Part shown: one piece after another, positions 1 to 8,040 of the stretch
How the letters are laid out: each line of letters begins with the position of its first letter
Numbering within the stretch: position 1 is the stretch's first letter
Origin: a virus
Taxonomy: Duplodnaviria; Heunggongvirae; Uroviricota; Caudoviricetes
Length of the DNA stretch: 12,646 nucleotides
IMG/VR virus record: IMGVR_UViG_2703718674_000003
Direction: 5' to 3' (one strand)
Program-made: the position numbers and the translations under genes
The notes under the pieces: generated by a model
What the model saw: the letters and a program-made list of their open reading frames with translations, nothing else
Databases searched by the model: none
Told to the model about the DNA's origin: nothing

Positions 1-130
1 ATGTTTTCAGGTCAGCATTCAGCCCTGCCGCCATACGCTGTGAGTACCCGTCACCAAAACGCACTTCACGCACCGATGGCTGCGAGTTCACCTCCATATC
101 CGGCTTCACTTTCCAGCGAAAGGTTTTCAT
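1..130 (-). CDS. M: Minor tail protein M, N-terminal fragment (gene runs off the window start)
   Basis: Reverse complement of 1..130 translates from ATG (130..128) as MKTFRWKVKPDMEVNSQPSVREVRFGDGYSQRMAAGLNADLKT, which closely matches the N-terminus of lambda gpM as I recall it. The ATG overlaps the H stop codon in an ATGA arrangement (127..130). Confidence 0.85.
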   Translation of the reverse strand, partial: MKTFRWKVKPDMEVNSQPSVREVRFGDGYSQRMAAGLNADLKT

Positions 131-2772
131 CGCCCGCTCCCCGATAACATACCGCCATCACGCAACTGCAGCCGGAGCTCATCCTGCGCCCCCTTGCGGG
201 CCATGTCATACACCGCCTTCATCAGCTGCGGCCCCGCCTGTCCGTTGGTGCCGTCGTTCTGAATCACCACGTGATTGTTCTGATTAAAATTAATACCTTC
301 CGCCCGCCGCATCTGCGCCGGACTTCCGGCACCACCCACATAACCACCTTCCGCATAGCCGCGCATCAGACGGTAAAGATTCCCCACACCTATCCGGCTG
401 GTTGCCTCTTTCGTGAAAACAAACTCCCCGCGGTGAACTATCCCCGCAGGCTCATATTTGCCGCCCGTCCCCGTAAATCCTCCGGTCGCGAAATGGAAGT
501 TCGCCGCCGCAGCCTGAATGGCCGTCCCCGAGGAAGCAGATGCACCACCACCGAAAGCACCGCCAATGGCGCTGCCGATACGCCCGACAATGCCCACCAT
601 GGCCTGTTTAAGCAGGATTTCTGTCATCATGGACAGCACCGAACGGGTGAATCCCCGCCAGTCTGCCTCTGCACCGGTCAGCATCGCCGCCATATTCTGT
701 GCAATACCGTCAAAGGTCTGCGTGGCAGCACTTTTAACCTGCGAAAAACTGTCCGTCGCACTTTCCGCCCACTCGCCCCAGCCGGACTTCAGCCCGGCCA
801 TCCAGCTTCCACGAAGCTGCTCCTCCGCAGACCAGGTGTTCTTCAGTGCCGATGTGGCCTTCGCCAGCGCAGCCGGATTATCACCGTACACGTCCCGAAG
901 ACGCTGCGCTTCAGACTCCCGCTGCGCCTGACGGTCAGTGAGACCGCGGGCTTTTGCGCTGATGGCGGCCTGCTTCGCGCTCTGCTGCTCTTCAAACCGC
1001 ACCGCCTGCTGTGCCAGCTCATTCAGGCGTTTCTGGTATTCAACCTTGTCGCCCAGCTCAGCCAGCTGGCGTTTGTACTCCAGCGTCTCGTCTTTATGCG
1101 CCAGCAGGGATTTTTCCTGCTCAGATAACTGTCGTTTCGTGGCAGCCTCTTTCAGGACCGCATACTGACTTTCCGCCTTCCATAAATCACGGCGCTGCCG
1201 GCTGATTTTCTCATTCGCACCGCTGTGTTTTTCCAGCGTCCTGAGCTCAGCTTCAAGGGCAAGCAGAGCCTCTCTTGCCTGCTCCTCTTCCCTCTCCCCG
1301 GCAGAGCGCGTTTTCGGTGATGTATGCTTTTTACCTGTCAGCTCTTCAGCCAGACGGCTGACGGCTTCCTGCTGCCCCGGACCTTTGCTGACGCCTGTTG
1401 CACGCGAACGGTTGATGTACCCCATTTCCCCCTGGCGTATACGCGCATCCCGTTCCGCAATGGATTTTCTCAGCGCCAGTTCATCACGTTTTGTTTTCTC
1501 AATAAATACGCGGTTCTCTTCTGCCAGTTCACCAAACAACGCACCAACGCCGGGCACATTCTTTGTCGTTTCCCAGGCTGACTGAATAAATTCAGCCAGC
1601 GCCAGATCCCCCTGCACAAGCAGCAGCTTCACCTGTTCAACGGTTCCGGCCACCACGTCAGTGATCAGACTGAGTGCCCCCAGTGTATGATCACCTATCC
1701 ATGCCCATGCGTCAGAAGTCCAGGTTTTAACATCGTCCCAGATTTTTTCCACCGGCGTGGCCGCTTTATCAAGTTGCTCCAGACGTGCATTCATGACATC
1801 CGCAAACAGGGACATCGCCTCCGTCACCGCAGCCTGTTTACCTTTCGTGCGCTCAAGCTCATCAATATGGCGTAACTGGGAAACGCTCAGGAAGTTATAC
1901 TGCTGATTCAGGGAGGCCAGCGCCTTCACCGGATCTGCTGCAATCCCTTCAAAGGCTTTTTCCACCTTCCCGGCATCGTCCCCCACCGTCTGCAGCCATC
2001 TCTGAGAGGTTTCCCCCATGATCCGTAGCTGCCCGGCGGTATATTTCCCGCTTTCTGCCAGACGGGCCAGATTTTCTGCCGCCTGTCTGATACCACCACC
2101 GGCTTCATCGCTGATCACCCCGGCCATTTTCCACAATTCTGCCGTTGTGGTGGCAGCCGCCCCTCCGGTCAGGATCAGTGAACGCAATAAGGCCCGGTCA
2201 GCCTGCTCTGCCTGCCAGGCGGCGGCAGCAAGCGCGGCCAGTACGGCAACCCCGCCACCTGCCGCCACACGGGCCACCGACATAAATCGTCCCAGCTCAC
2301 CGGCATTCCGGGCATTTTCAGCCAGTGCATTTGCCGTATCTGACAGCGACTCCTCTGATGATTCAGAGGCATCCCTGATCCCGAGAAGTTCCTCCTTCAG
2401 CAGGGTAAGCAGGCTGAGCGGTCCACCGAATGAATCGCTGATCTGCCCCCCCTGCTGCAGCATGATAAGGAAGGGATTCTGACCACCGGCAAGCTGAGTG
2501 ACAATATCCGTGAACTGTGCGGGCAGTGTGCGCATGGCAGCCTTATACTGTCCGACTGATATCCCGGCTTTTTGTGCCGCCAGCGCCTGTCGGCTCAGAC
2601 TCTGCTCAGCAGCATCAGCCTGTTTTCTGAAAGACTGACTGACTTTCCCGGACATCAAATCAGCAAGCGCACTGGTTTCACCCAGCTCTTTTTTTACCCG
2701 CGCTGCCTCTTCAGAAAAACGGGCAGAATCCAGTGTCAGCACGGCTGTCAGATCGGCAAAATTACCTGCCAT
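127..2772 (-). CDS. H: Tail tape measure protein (lambda gpH-like), about 881 aa
   Basis: The protein matches lambda gpH along its length by eye, with long identical blocks such as SLSRQALAAQKAGISVGQYKAAMR, LTLQAELRTLEKHAGANEKIS-like, SVLSMMTEILLKQAMVGIVG and AGIVHRGEFVFTKEATSRIGVGNLYRLMRGYA. The ORF track starts it at a GTG (2781), but the ATG at 2772 has an AGGAGG Shine-Dalgarno 8 nt upstream and aligns with the lambda H start (MAGNFADL vs MAEPVGDL). Stop TGA at 129..127. Confidence 0.93.
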   Translation of the reverse strand: MAGNFADLTAVLTLDSARFSEEAARVKKELGETSALADLMSGKVSQSFRKQADAAEQSLSRQALAAQKAGISVGQYKAAMRTLPAQFTDIVTQLAGGQNPFLIMLQQGGQISDSFGGPLSLLTLLKEELLGIRDASESSEESLSDTANALAENARNAGELGRFMSVARVAAGGGVAVLAALAAAAWQAEQADRALLRSLILTGGAAATTTAELWKMAGVISDEAGGGIRQAAENLARLAESGKYTAGQLRIMGETSQRWLQTVGDDAGKVEKAFEGIAADPVKALASLNQQYNFLSVSQLRHIDELERTKGKQAAVTEAMSLFADVMNARLEQLDKAATPVEKIWDDVKTWTSDAWAWIGDHTLGALSLITDVVAGTVEQVKLLLVQGDLALAEFIQSAWETTKNVPGVGALFGELAEENRVFIEKTKRDELALRKSIAERDARIRQGEMGYINRSRATGVSKGPGQQEAVSRLAEELTGKKHTSPKTRSAGEREEEQAREALLALEAELRTLEKHSGANEKISRQRRDLWKAESQYAVLKEAATKRQLSEQEKSLLAHKDETLEYKRQLAELGDKVEYQKRLNELAQQAVRFEEQQSAKQAAISAKARGLTDRQAQRESEAQRLRDVYGDNPAALAKATSALKNTWSAEEQLRGSWMAGLKSGWGEWAESATDSFSQVKSAATQTFDGIAQNMAAMLTGAEADWRGFTRSVLSMMTEILLKQAMVGIVGRIGSAIGGAFGGGASASSGTAIQAAAANFHFATGGFTGTGGKYEPAGIVHRGEFVFTKEATSRIGVGNLYRLMRGYAEGGYVGGAGSPAQMRRAEGINFNQNNHVVIQNDGTNGQAGPQLMKAVYDMARKGAQDELRLQLRDGGMLSGSGR

Positions 2773-2815
2773 CGTGGTCACCTCCTGAAATGTCCTCTGA
2801 TACCATCAATAACTG

Positions 2816-3573
2816 TCACAACCTCCTTCCCTCCTCCCCGAAACGGACTCCACCGGCGAGGCCCGCCGCCTTCTGCATCAGTACATCATTTTCGTCCGGC
2901 GCCTCCGCCTGTCCTTCCTCTGCCTCCGGAGCGAACAGGCTGAAATCCGCCGGATGCATATCCGGATCGCAAAAAAACAGGCTGAGTACGGCGTACATCA
3001 GCCCGGAAAAATGCATATCCAGCTGGGTATCCTGAAAATAATGCGTGCAGTAAAAACGTCGCCAGTCGGCATATTCGGTGGATGTCATCCCGGCAAGCAT
3101 GGCGCGCCAGTCGGCTCTCCCCATCTCACGCGCCAGTTTCAGGACAAAGTTCAGCTCGCCTTCGAATGCTTTTTTGATGTTACCGGCTCAGTCGCTTCTG
3201 TTTTCCCGGTTGGTTCAGGATCGGCATCGTGCCGGTTATCCAGCATACCTGAAAGATAAAGCACCCGGTTCGTTGCCTGATTCAGTGCATCAGCAGGCCA
3301 TCCCAGCATCACTTCACGGCGGATCTGCTGCATCTCTGTCTCCGGAGAGGCCAGAGTGCCTTTGAGGGAATGGGAATGCCATAGCGACATCGCCACAAGC
3401 AGGGATGCCGTTTCCAGATATCGCTGGTTAATGCGCACGACATCATGCTTCGTTGTCTTCTGTTGTTCTGCGTCTGAAACAAACTTCATATAATCAAACC
3501 GCTGCAGCGCAGACAATTCGGAAAGCGTGACGGACACACCGTTATATTCAAATTGTTCTGTTTTCAGAAACAT
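2816..3573 (-). CDS. T: Tail assembly chaperone G-T fusion made by programmed -1 ribosomal frameshift near the end of G (about 250 aa)
   Basis: A slippery heptamer A AAA AAG (mRNA sense) lies at 3175..3169, 5 codons before the G stop. The -1 frame is open from that point to the TGA at 2818..2816 and encodes AFEGELNLVLKLAREMGRADWRAMLAGM..., corresponding to the 102-aa ORF 2816..3124. Codon phase fits a -1 shift (G frame codon tops are 0 mod 3, T frame 1 mod 3). The position between V/G and H matches the conserved G/G-T arrangement of lambda-like tails. Confidence 0.8.
3151..3573 (-). CDS. G: Tail assembly chaperone G (lambda gpG-like), 140 aa
   Basis: The protein begins MFLKTEQFEYNGVSVTLSELSALQR, near-identical to the lambda gpG N-terminus. 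ATG at 3573 is preceded by GGAGG at 7-nt spacing. Stop TGA at 3153..3151. Confidence 0.9.
   Translation of the reverse strand: MFLKTEQFEYNGVSVTLSELSALQRFDYMKFVSDAEQQKTTKHDVVRINQRYLETASLLVAMSLWHSHSLKGTLASPETEMQQIRREVMLGWPADALNQATNRVLYLSGMLDNRHDADPEPTGKTEATEPVTSKKHSKAS
3169..3175 (-). promoter_or_regulatory. Slippery heptamer A AAA AAG for the G to G-T -1 frameshift
   Basis: Plus strand 3169..3175 is cttttttt-type (c followed by six t), i.e. AAAAAAG on the minus strand in the X XXY YYZ phase of the G frame (UCA AAA AAG). This is a canonical -1 frameshift heptamer, as in E. coli dnaX. Confidence 0.7.
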
Positions 3574-3603
3574 GTATTACCTCCGTTTACCCTGCAGCGC
3601 CCG

Positions 3604-3685
3604 NNNNNNNNNNNNNNNNNNNNNNNNNNNNNNNNNNNNNNNNNNNNNNNNNNNNNNNNNNNNNNNNNNNNNNNNNNNNNNNNNN
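3604..3685. other. Assembly gap (82 N)
   Basis: Uninterrupted run of n characters. It is not a multiple of 3, so the reading frame across it is meaningless. Confidence 0.99.
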
Positions 3686-4283
3686 CGGAAACCGCTCTGA
3701 ACGTCTTGTCGGTTGCACTTTCCGGCTCAAAAGAAACCGTCAGGGTGGTTGTTTTCCCTTTTGCCACCGTACCGGATGTCGGTGTCACCTTAATTGCAGT
3801 GGCCGGCGTAATTTCGCTGCGTTCTTCCGCCACGGAAGGTTTGCCCACGTTAGTGACTTTCACCGTGCGGGTGATCACTTCTTTCGCCGTCACGGCCTTA
3901 CCGATACTGCTGACCCAGCCACGGAACACATCCACCGTGCCATTTGGGAAACGGATTTTATAGGCCCGCACATCCCCGCTTTCAAACCAGCCTATAAGCC
4001 CTTTCTGACCTTCTTCTCCCGGTTTCCAGGCCAGCGTAAAACTGGTATCTCCTGCAGACTTCTGCCCCTGCCCGGTCGCGGTCCAGTCCGCGTCTTCATC
4101 ATCCAGGTAGTTATCATCGTAGGGTTCTGCCGTCATCTCGCCCGGCGTCAGATCCTTCACCTTAGCCAGTCGCTGCCAGTCATCGTCTGACAACGGGTTT
4201 GCATAAGCATCACCCTTGCCGTTGTAAACCCACAGAGTGGTACCGGCACCTTTTACCGGCTCAAGGGGATTTGGTGTTGCCAT
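3686..4283 (-). CDS. V: Major tail protein V (lambda gpV-like); 3' end lost in the assembly gap
   Basis: The N-terminal 199 aa ([86 protein letters not shown]...FRAVS) are near-identical to lambda gpV. ATG at 4283 is preceded by a GAGGA Shine-Dalgarno. The true stop lies within or just after the N run, in the roughly 30 nt before the G start. The ORF-track tail (GRCRVNGGNTCF, ending 3564) depends on an arbitrary frame across the gap and is not trusted. Confidence 0.85.
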
Positions 4284-4290
4284 ATCGTCC

Positions 4291-4689
4291 TCACATCTCG
4301 TAGGTAATTTTCCACAGGAGATCTGCCGATCCCCACATCATAAACTCATCATCCCGGCGGTAGTCATACCCCTGAAGATTCATCTTCAGCAGTAATGCAC
4401 TGAGCCCGGGAACTGCCTCCAGCGCAGGAAGAATTTTTTCTTCCATCCACATATCCAGTGCCGAGTCCGGTTCTTTTGCCCTGAGAAAAACCTCAATATG
4501 CAGTGTCGCCTCCCAGGTTCCCTCATCAACGAACTCGTCAGCAGCAGACGCATCTGTCAGGTAAACAGCAACAGCAGGCAGTTCCTGTTCATCAATAAAA
4601 ACCGGGCGACCGTCAAACCAGCTCACCCTCTCAGAAATATTTTCTTTCAGGGCAGACAGAACTGCCGCCCGTATTTCACGGTGTTTCAT
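4291..4689 (-). CDS. U: Tail terminator protein U (lambda gpU-like), 132 aa
   Basis: [14 protein letters not shown] ... GYDYRRDD ... ITYEM matches lambda gpU at both termini. ATG at 4689 is preceded by GGGAGG. Confidence 0.93.
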   Translation of the reverse strand: MKHREIRAAVLSALKENISERVSWFDGRPVFIDEQELPAVAVYLTDASAADEFVDEGTWEATLHIEVFLRAKEPDSALDMWMEEKILPALEAVPGLSALLLKMNLQGYDYRRDDEFMMWGSADLLWKITYEM

Positions 4690-4701
4690 ACACCCTCCCA
4701 G

Positions 4702-5331
4702 TCATTTTCTTTTCAGCACCAGGCGTAACTGATGCGTCATGGCTTTCATCATCTGCGCCGGTAATTTTTCCCGGTACATCCGGTCCCGTTCACGTTCAAA
4801 GGTTTCTGCCAGCGGTCCGGCAGTCGTAATCTTCACCACTTCGATCGGCAGACGGTGGCGTTTCGGCCTCCCTTTGCTGTCCGCGCCGGTGGATGATGAT
4901 GCCCACGGCATACGCTGCATCACATGCCAGCGTCCGTTAGCCAGCCGGGTGATAAAGGCGTCCGGGATCCGTCTTTTCCCCACAATCAGCACACTGCCGC
5001 CCCCTTTCAGGGCCGCACGCTGTCCTTTCTTTCTCCGTTTTCTGCGGGAAAGTCGAACGCGGGCCTCCCCCAGTTTGATGGCGGGCAGGTTGCCGGTATT
5101 GATGTAAACCTTTGCGTAAACCTTATCCGGTCGTGCCGGACTTAACCGGATGCGGGCACGGATAAGACGACGGGGAACGGCCAGCTCCCTGGCAACTGAA
5201 GAGGCCGTTTTCGCAATAATGGCCCCCGCCACTCGGTTCAGTGTCGTGGCAGAGGCCCGGGGAACGGCACGGCGATCAATTGCATCCAGATTTTTCATGG
5301 CCTGCGCCAGACCTTTTATTGCCATACTCAT
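4702..5331 (-). CDS. Z: Tail completion protein Z (lambda gpZ-like), 209 aa
   Basis: The N-terminus MSMAIKGL and the block LSRRKRRKKGQR..LKGGGSVL.VG.RRIP.AFI..L.NGRWHVMQR match lambda gpZ as recalled. The ATG at 5331 overlaps the upstream gene stop (ATGA at 5328..5331). Confidence 0.9.
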   Translation of the reverse strand: MSMAIKGLAQAMKNLDAIDRRAVPRASATTLNRVAGAIIAKTASSVARELAVPRRLIRARIRLSPARPDKVYAKVYINTGNLPAIKLGEARVRLSRRKRRKKGQRAALKGGGSVLIVGKRRIPDAFITRLANGRWHVMQRMPWASSSTGADSKGRPKRHRLPIEVVKITTAGPLAETFERERDRMYREKLPAQMMKAMTHQLRLVLKRK

Positions 5332-5609
5332 TCCTGTTCGACAAAAATCCGGGGTTTACCGTTGTACGTGTCATAACGGGTCACCGTCAGTGTGCGCCCC
5401 GCAAACACAACAACATCATGACGGGCCGGACGGTACCGGGCTGAAAACACCACCAGTGACAACTGGCTGCCCGAAAGCGCCCCCATCTCCGCGGACTCTT
5501 CCTCCGGCATCACGTCGTACACGACGCCGTTAATCTCCGCCTGTTTGCCCATCACCCGAACGGTCGCCACGTCCATCCGGCAACACATTCGCGTAAACAG
5601 ATCAGACAT
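5328..5609 (-). CDS. Small head-tail joining/attachment-like protein, 93 aa (occupies the lambda FII position; possibly the Gifsy-2-type prophage family)
   Basis: ORF with ATG at 5609 and TGA at 5330..5328, translationally coupled to both neighbours (8-nt overlap upstream, ATGA overlap with Z). Its position between the head genes and Z is where lambda encodes FII. I see no obvious similarity to lambda FII, so the function is assigned by synteny. Confidence 0.6.
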   Translation of the reverse strand: MSDLFTRMCCRMDVATVRVMGKQAEINGVVYDVMPEEESAEMGALSGSQLSLVVFSARYRPARHDVVVFAGRTLTVTRYDTYNGKPRIFVEQE

Positions 5610-5928
5610 TGATTTTTACCGCCACAGTGGCGCTGTTTGCAGGGGCATTTTCCCAGGCTACCCCCGCTGCCACCGCACCGTCTGCAGCCAGCTGCACAAC
5701 CCCGTCCTTCAGATAAACCACCGCGCCGGACTGAATGTCGTCAGCAGACTGTTTGGGCAGCAGGAACACGCCTTCGGCAAAACCGTCACCGGCCTCACCG
5801 GCAGGAATATCGGTAATGGCCACGGCCACCATACTGCCGACCACCACCGCAGCACCGCTCAGGATGGTCTGATCTCCGGCATTCACCAGTTCAATGGTGG
5901 TACCGTCCTGTACAAAATTTTTCGCCAT
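5602..5928 (-). CDS. Small Gly/Ala/Val-rich head protein, 108 aa; probable capsid decoration/cement protein (DUF2190-like)
   Basis: ORF directly downstream of the capsid gene, with ATG at 5928 preceded by GGAGAAA. The composition and MAKNFVQDGTTIEL start resemble the small proteins found next to major capsid genes in many prophages. Assigned from memory of that family and from synteny, not from a search. Confidence 0.55.
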   Translation of the reverse strand: MAKNFVQDGTTIELVNAGDQTILSGAAVVVGSMVAVAITDIPAGEAGDGFAEGVFLLPKQSADDIQSGAVVYLKDGVVQLAADGAVAAGVAWENAPANSATVAVKINV

Positions 5929-5944
5929 AATGCTGTTTCTCCGG

Positions 5945-5993
5945 ACAGCCCCGGTGGGGCTGTTTTTCAGGCATAAAAAAAGCCCTTTCGGGC
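5945..5993 (-). terminator. Tandem hairpins in the capsid-decoration intergenic region; possible partial terminator after the capsid gene
   Basis: Minus strand: GCCC-GAAA-GGGC (5993..5982) followed by U7 (5981..5975), then an 8-bp GC-rich stem (5963..5945) just upstream of the decoration-gene ribosome binding site. Read on the plus strand, the 8-bp stem (acagcccc ggt ggggctgt) is followed by a T5 run and so looks like a plus-strand intrinsic terminator. Confidence 0.35.
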
Positions 5994-6015
5994 AGTGATT
6001 GTGATAACGCGGTTA

Positions 6016-8040
6016 TCAGGCCACCGACGAACGCACCAGCCCGCGCCAGTCAAGTGGTGCCACTCCGGCATCAATACGGATTTTTGTGGCAATGCCGTCA
6101 GTGGTGAAACCTTCCTGCTGATCAATGTATGGCGTGTCCACACCATCCAGCCAGGCCACTTCAATGGTGTCAGTGCCCTGTGCCGCCGCCAGATACCAGG
6201 TTTTCGGGTCTGCCGCATCAAGACGCGCTTCTGCAATCACCTCAGCAAAGTTCTGGATAGGGTTAATGACACCGGCGTTTGCATCCGCCCCTTTCACACT
6301 GGCCGATTTGATGGTCTGGTTCGCCACCGTCTCCAGTGCCACCGGTACCAGCATAAAGGCCGGACGGATATTCAGGGCACGATCGCCTTCTTTCTGCAGG
6401 CGCATCATCTGACGGGCCGCATCCAGTCCGGAAACGGAGATCCCCCCGGTGGCAATATTTTTGTGATCGGCATGGAACAGCGCCTTACCGTCGGACAGTT
6501 TCGGGTTATCCGTCAGCACCTTGTAGACCAGGTCACCAATCGTTGCCTTCGCCGCACGCCCCATCTTCATCGGCACGTCCACCAGCATATTCAGATCATC
6601 ATTGATAATGGCCTGGCGGGTGATGGAGAAAATCTCCCCGTAAGTGGCCAGTGCAATGGTCTCCTTGCGATCTGAGGTGGTGATGTATTTATACTCCGCC
6701 CCCTCACGAACCTGGCGCAGAGAACCAAAACCGCCCATCCCCACGCGATACGCTGTTTTGAAGTCTGACAGGCGTCCCTTACGGGTCCACTTCTGGAAGG
6801 TTTCTTCTGATTCCTCCCAGCCCTGGATCAGCCCCTTGTTCGACACATCCAGCAGAATATTGCCAAAATCAGAGGTGCTGTGCGTCAGCGCCAGCCCGAC
6901 CATCTGCATGGGGTTATAACTGGCCACCCCAATACCGCGCTCCGTCAGTGACATGCGAGCCCATTCACGCAGGGTCATCCCGTTATAGGCGTTATCCTTC
7001 TCGACATTTTCAAATCCGGCACGGGCCAGCATCGCCTGGCGGATCCCGTCCCCCACAAAATTGCCGTTTCCGGCATAAATATGGGCCGGTGTATTTTTGT
7101 TGGTCGGCGAGGACTCCTTGCCCATTTCATTCAGCAGTCGTTCACGGGCCATTTCCAGCGAACAGTCAGGATCAGCCACGCACTGTGCCTGAAGCGTCTG
7201 ATAGCGACCACCGAACATGGCAAACAGATCGTTAATGCCTGACATGCGGGCTTTCTGTTCTGCCATAACGCGGGCGCGAATGGTCGCCTCATCAGACACT
7301 GCCGGTACCGGTGATGGTTCTGTTACCGCCGGTGCAGGGATTGTCACTGTGGTATCACGCGGGGCACTGTTGCGTGGCGGAGTAATCATGTTTCGGATGG
7401 ATTCCGGCATCTTTTTAAATTCCTCTGTACGTTTTGACTGAATACATGCCATTGCCTCAACAGCGGGTGTCACCTGGTCAGCAAATCCGTGTGCCAGACA
7501 TTCGGCACCGGACATCCAGGTTTCATCCGCCAGCATGGCGGCAATTTCATCGGTGGTTTTTCCGGTTTTCTGCGCATAGGCTGGCAACAGTACCGATTCG
7601 ACTTTATCCAGCAAATCGGCATAACTGCGCATATCCTCAGCATCCCCGCCACTGAATCCCCATGGCTTATGGATCATCATGAAGGCATTTTCCGGCATAA
7701 TGACCGTATCACCGGCCATCGCAATCACAGATGCCATCGAGGCGGCAACGCCATCCACATACACGGTAATGGTCGCCCCCTGATTTTTCAGGGCATTAAA
7801 AATGGCGATGCCTTCAAAGACATCGCCACCCGGTGAATTGATATGGAGATTAATGTGGGTGATATCACCCAGAGCATTCAGTTCGCTGACAAACTGCTTC
7901 GCGGTAACTCCCCAGAAACCAATCTCGTCATAAATATAAATATCCGCGTCACCCGGCACCCCAGCCTGCATCCTGAACCAGGATTTATTCTTCATGCTGG
8001 CTTTCGGTGTCGCGCTGATACTGTCGTTCAGTTCCGGCAC
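6016..8040 (-). CDS. Fused prohead protease (ClpP/S14-like) - scaffold-like linker - major capsid protein (tripartite capsid gene), about 675 aa
   Basis: The N-terminal region (GDADIYIYDEIGFWGV ... INSPGGDVFEGIAIFNAL ... VDGVAASMASVIAMAGD ... MMIHKPWG) has a ClpP-like serine protease signature. The middle is a Pro/Ala/Glu-rich, likely helical segment. I recall the C-terminal roughly 300 aa as major-capsid-like (Mu gpT-like family). The start is uncertain: GTG at 8040 has an AAAGGAGG Shine-Dalgarno 5 nt upstream, while the alternative ATG at 7995 (MKNKSWF) has no good Shine-Dalgarno. The ORF-track start at 8187 overlaps the portal gene by about 200 nt and is unlikely. Stop is TGA followed by TAA at 6018..6013. 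Confidence 0.85.
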   Translation of the reverse strand: MPELNDSISATPKASMKNKSWFRMQAGVPGDADIYIYDEIGFWGVTAKQFVSELNALGDITHINLHINSPGGDVFEGIAIFNALKNQGATITVYVDGVAASMASVIAMAGDTVIMPENAFMMIHKPWGFSGGDAEDMRSYADLLDKVESVLLPAYAQKTGKTTDEIAAMLADETWMSGAECLAHGFADQVTPAVEAMACIQSKRTEEFKKMPESIRNMITPPRNSAPRDTTVTIPAPAVTEPSPVPAVSDEATIRARVMAEQKARMSGINDLFAMFGGRYQTLQAQCVADPDCSLEMARERLLNEMGKESSPTNKNTPAHIYAGNGNFVGDGIRQAMLARAGFENVEKDNAYNGMTLREWARMSLTERGIGVASYNPMQMVGLALTHSTSDFGNILLDVSNKGLIQGWEESEETFQKWTRKGRLSDFKTAYRVGMGGFGSLRQVREGAEYKYITTSDRKETIALATYGEIFSITRQAIINDDLNMLVDVPMKMGRAAKATIGDLVYKVLTDNPKLSDGKALFHADHKNIATGGISVSGLDAARQMMRLQKEGDRALNIRPAFMLVPVALETVANQTIKSASVKGADANAGVINPIQNFAEVIAEARLDAADPKTWYLAAAQGTDTIEVAWLDGVDTPYIDQQEGFTTDGIATKIRIDAGVAPLDWRGLVRSSVA

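Noticed and set aside
271-1128. 285-aa plus-strand ORF (and other plus-strand ORFs at 518..931, 2018..2482, 5995..6675, 9897..10469, etc.)
   Set aside because: All lie antisense to minus-strand genes with strong homology support (H, capsid fusion, terminase). They have low-complexity Arg/Pro/Ser-rich composition typical of antisense frames in GC-rich DNA, and show no ribosome binding site or operon context. Treated as artefacts.
2954-3259. 101-aa plus-strand ORF spanning the G/T junction
   Set aside because: It is antisense to the G-T frameshift region, and the minus-strand frames are fully explained by G and T. No independent support.
3564-3603. C-terminal tail of V as given by the ORF track (…GRCRVNGGNTCF, overlapping the G start)
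   Set aside because: The frame across the 82-nt N run is arbitrary, since 82 is not a multiple of 3 and the true gap length is unknown. The translated tail does not resemble the gpV C-terminus.
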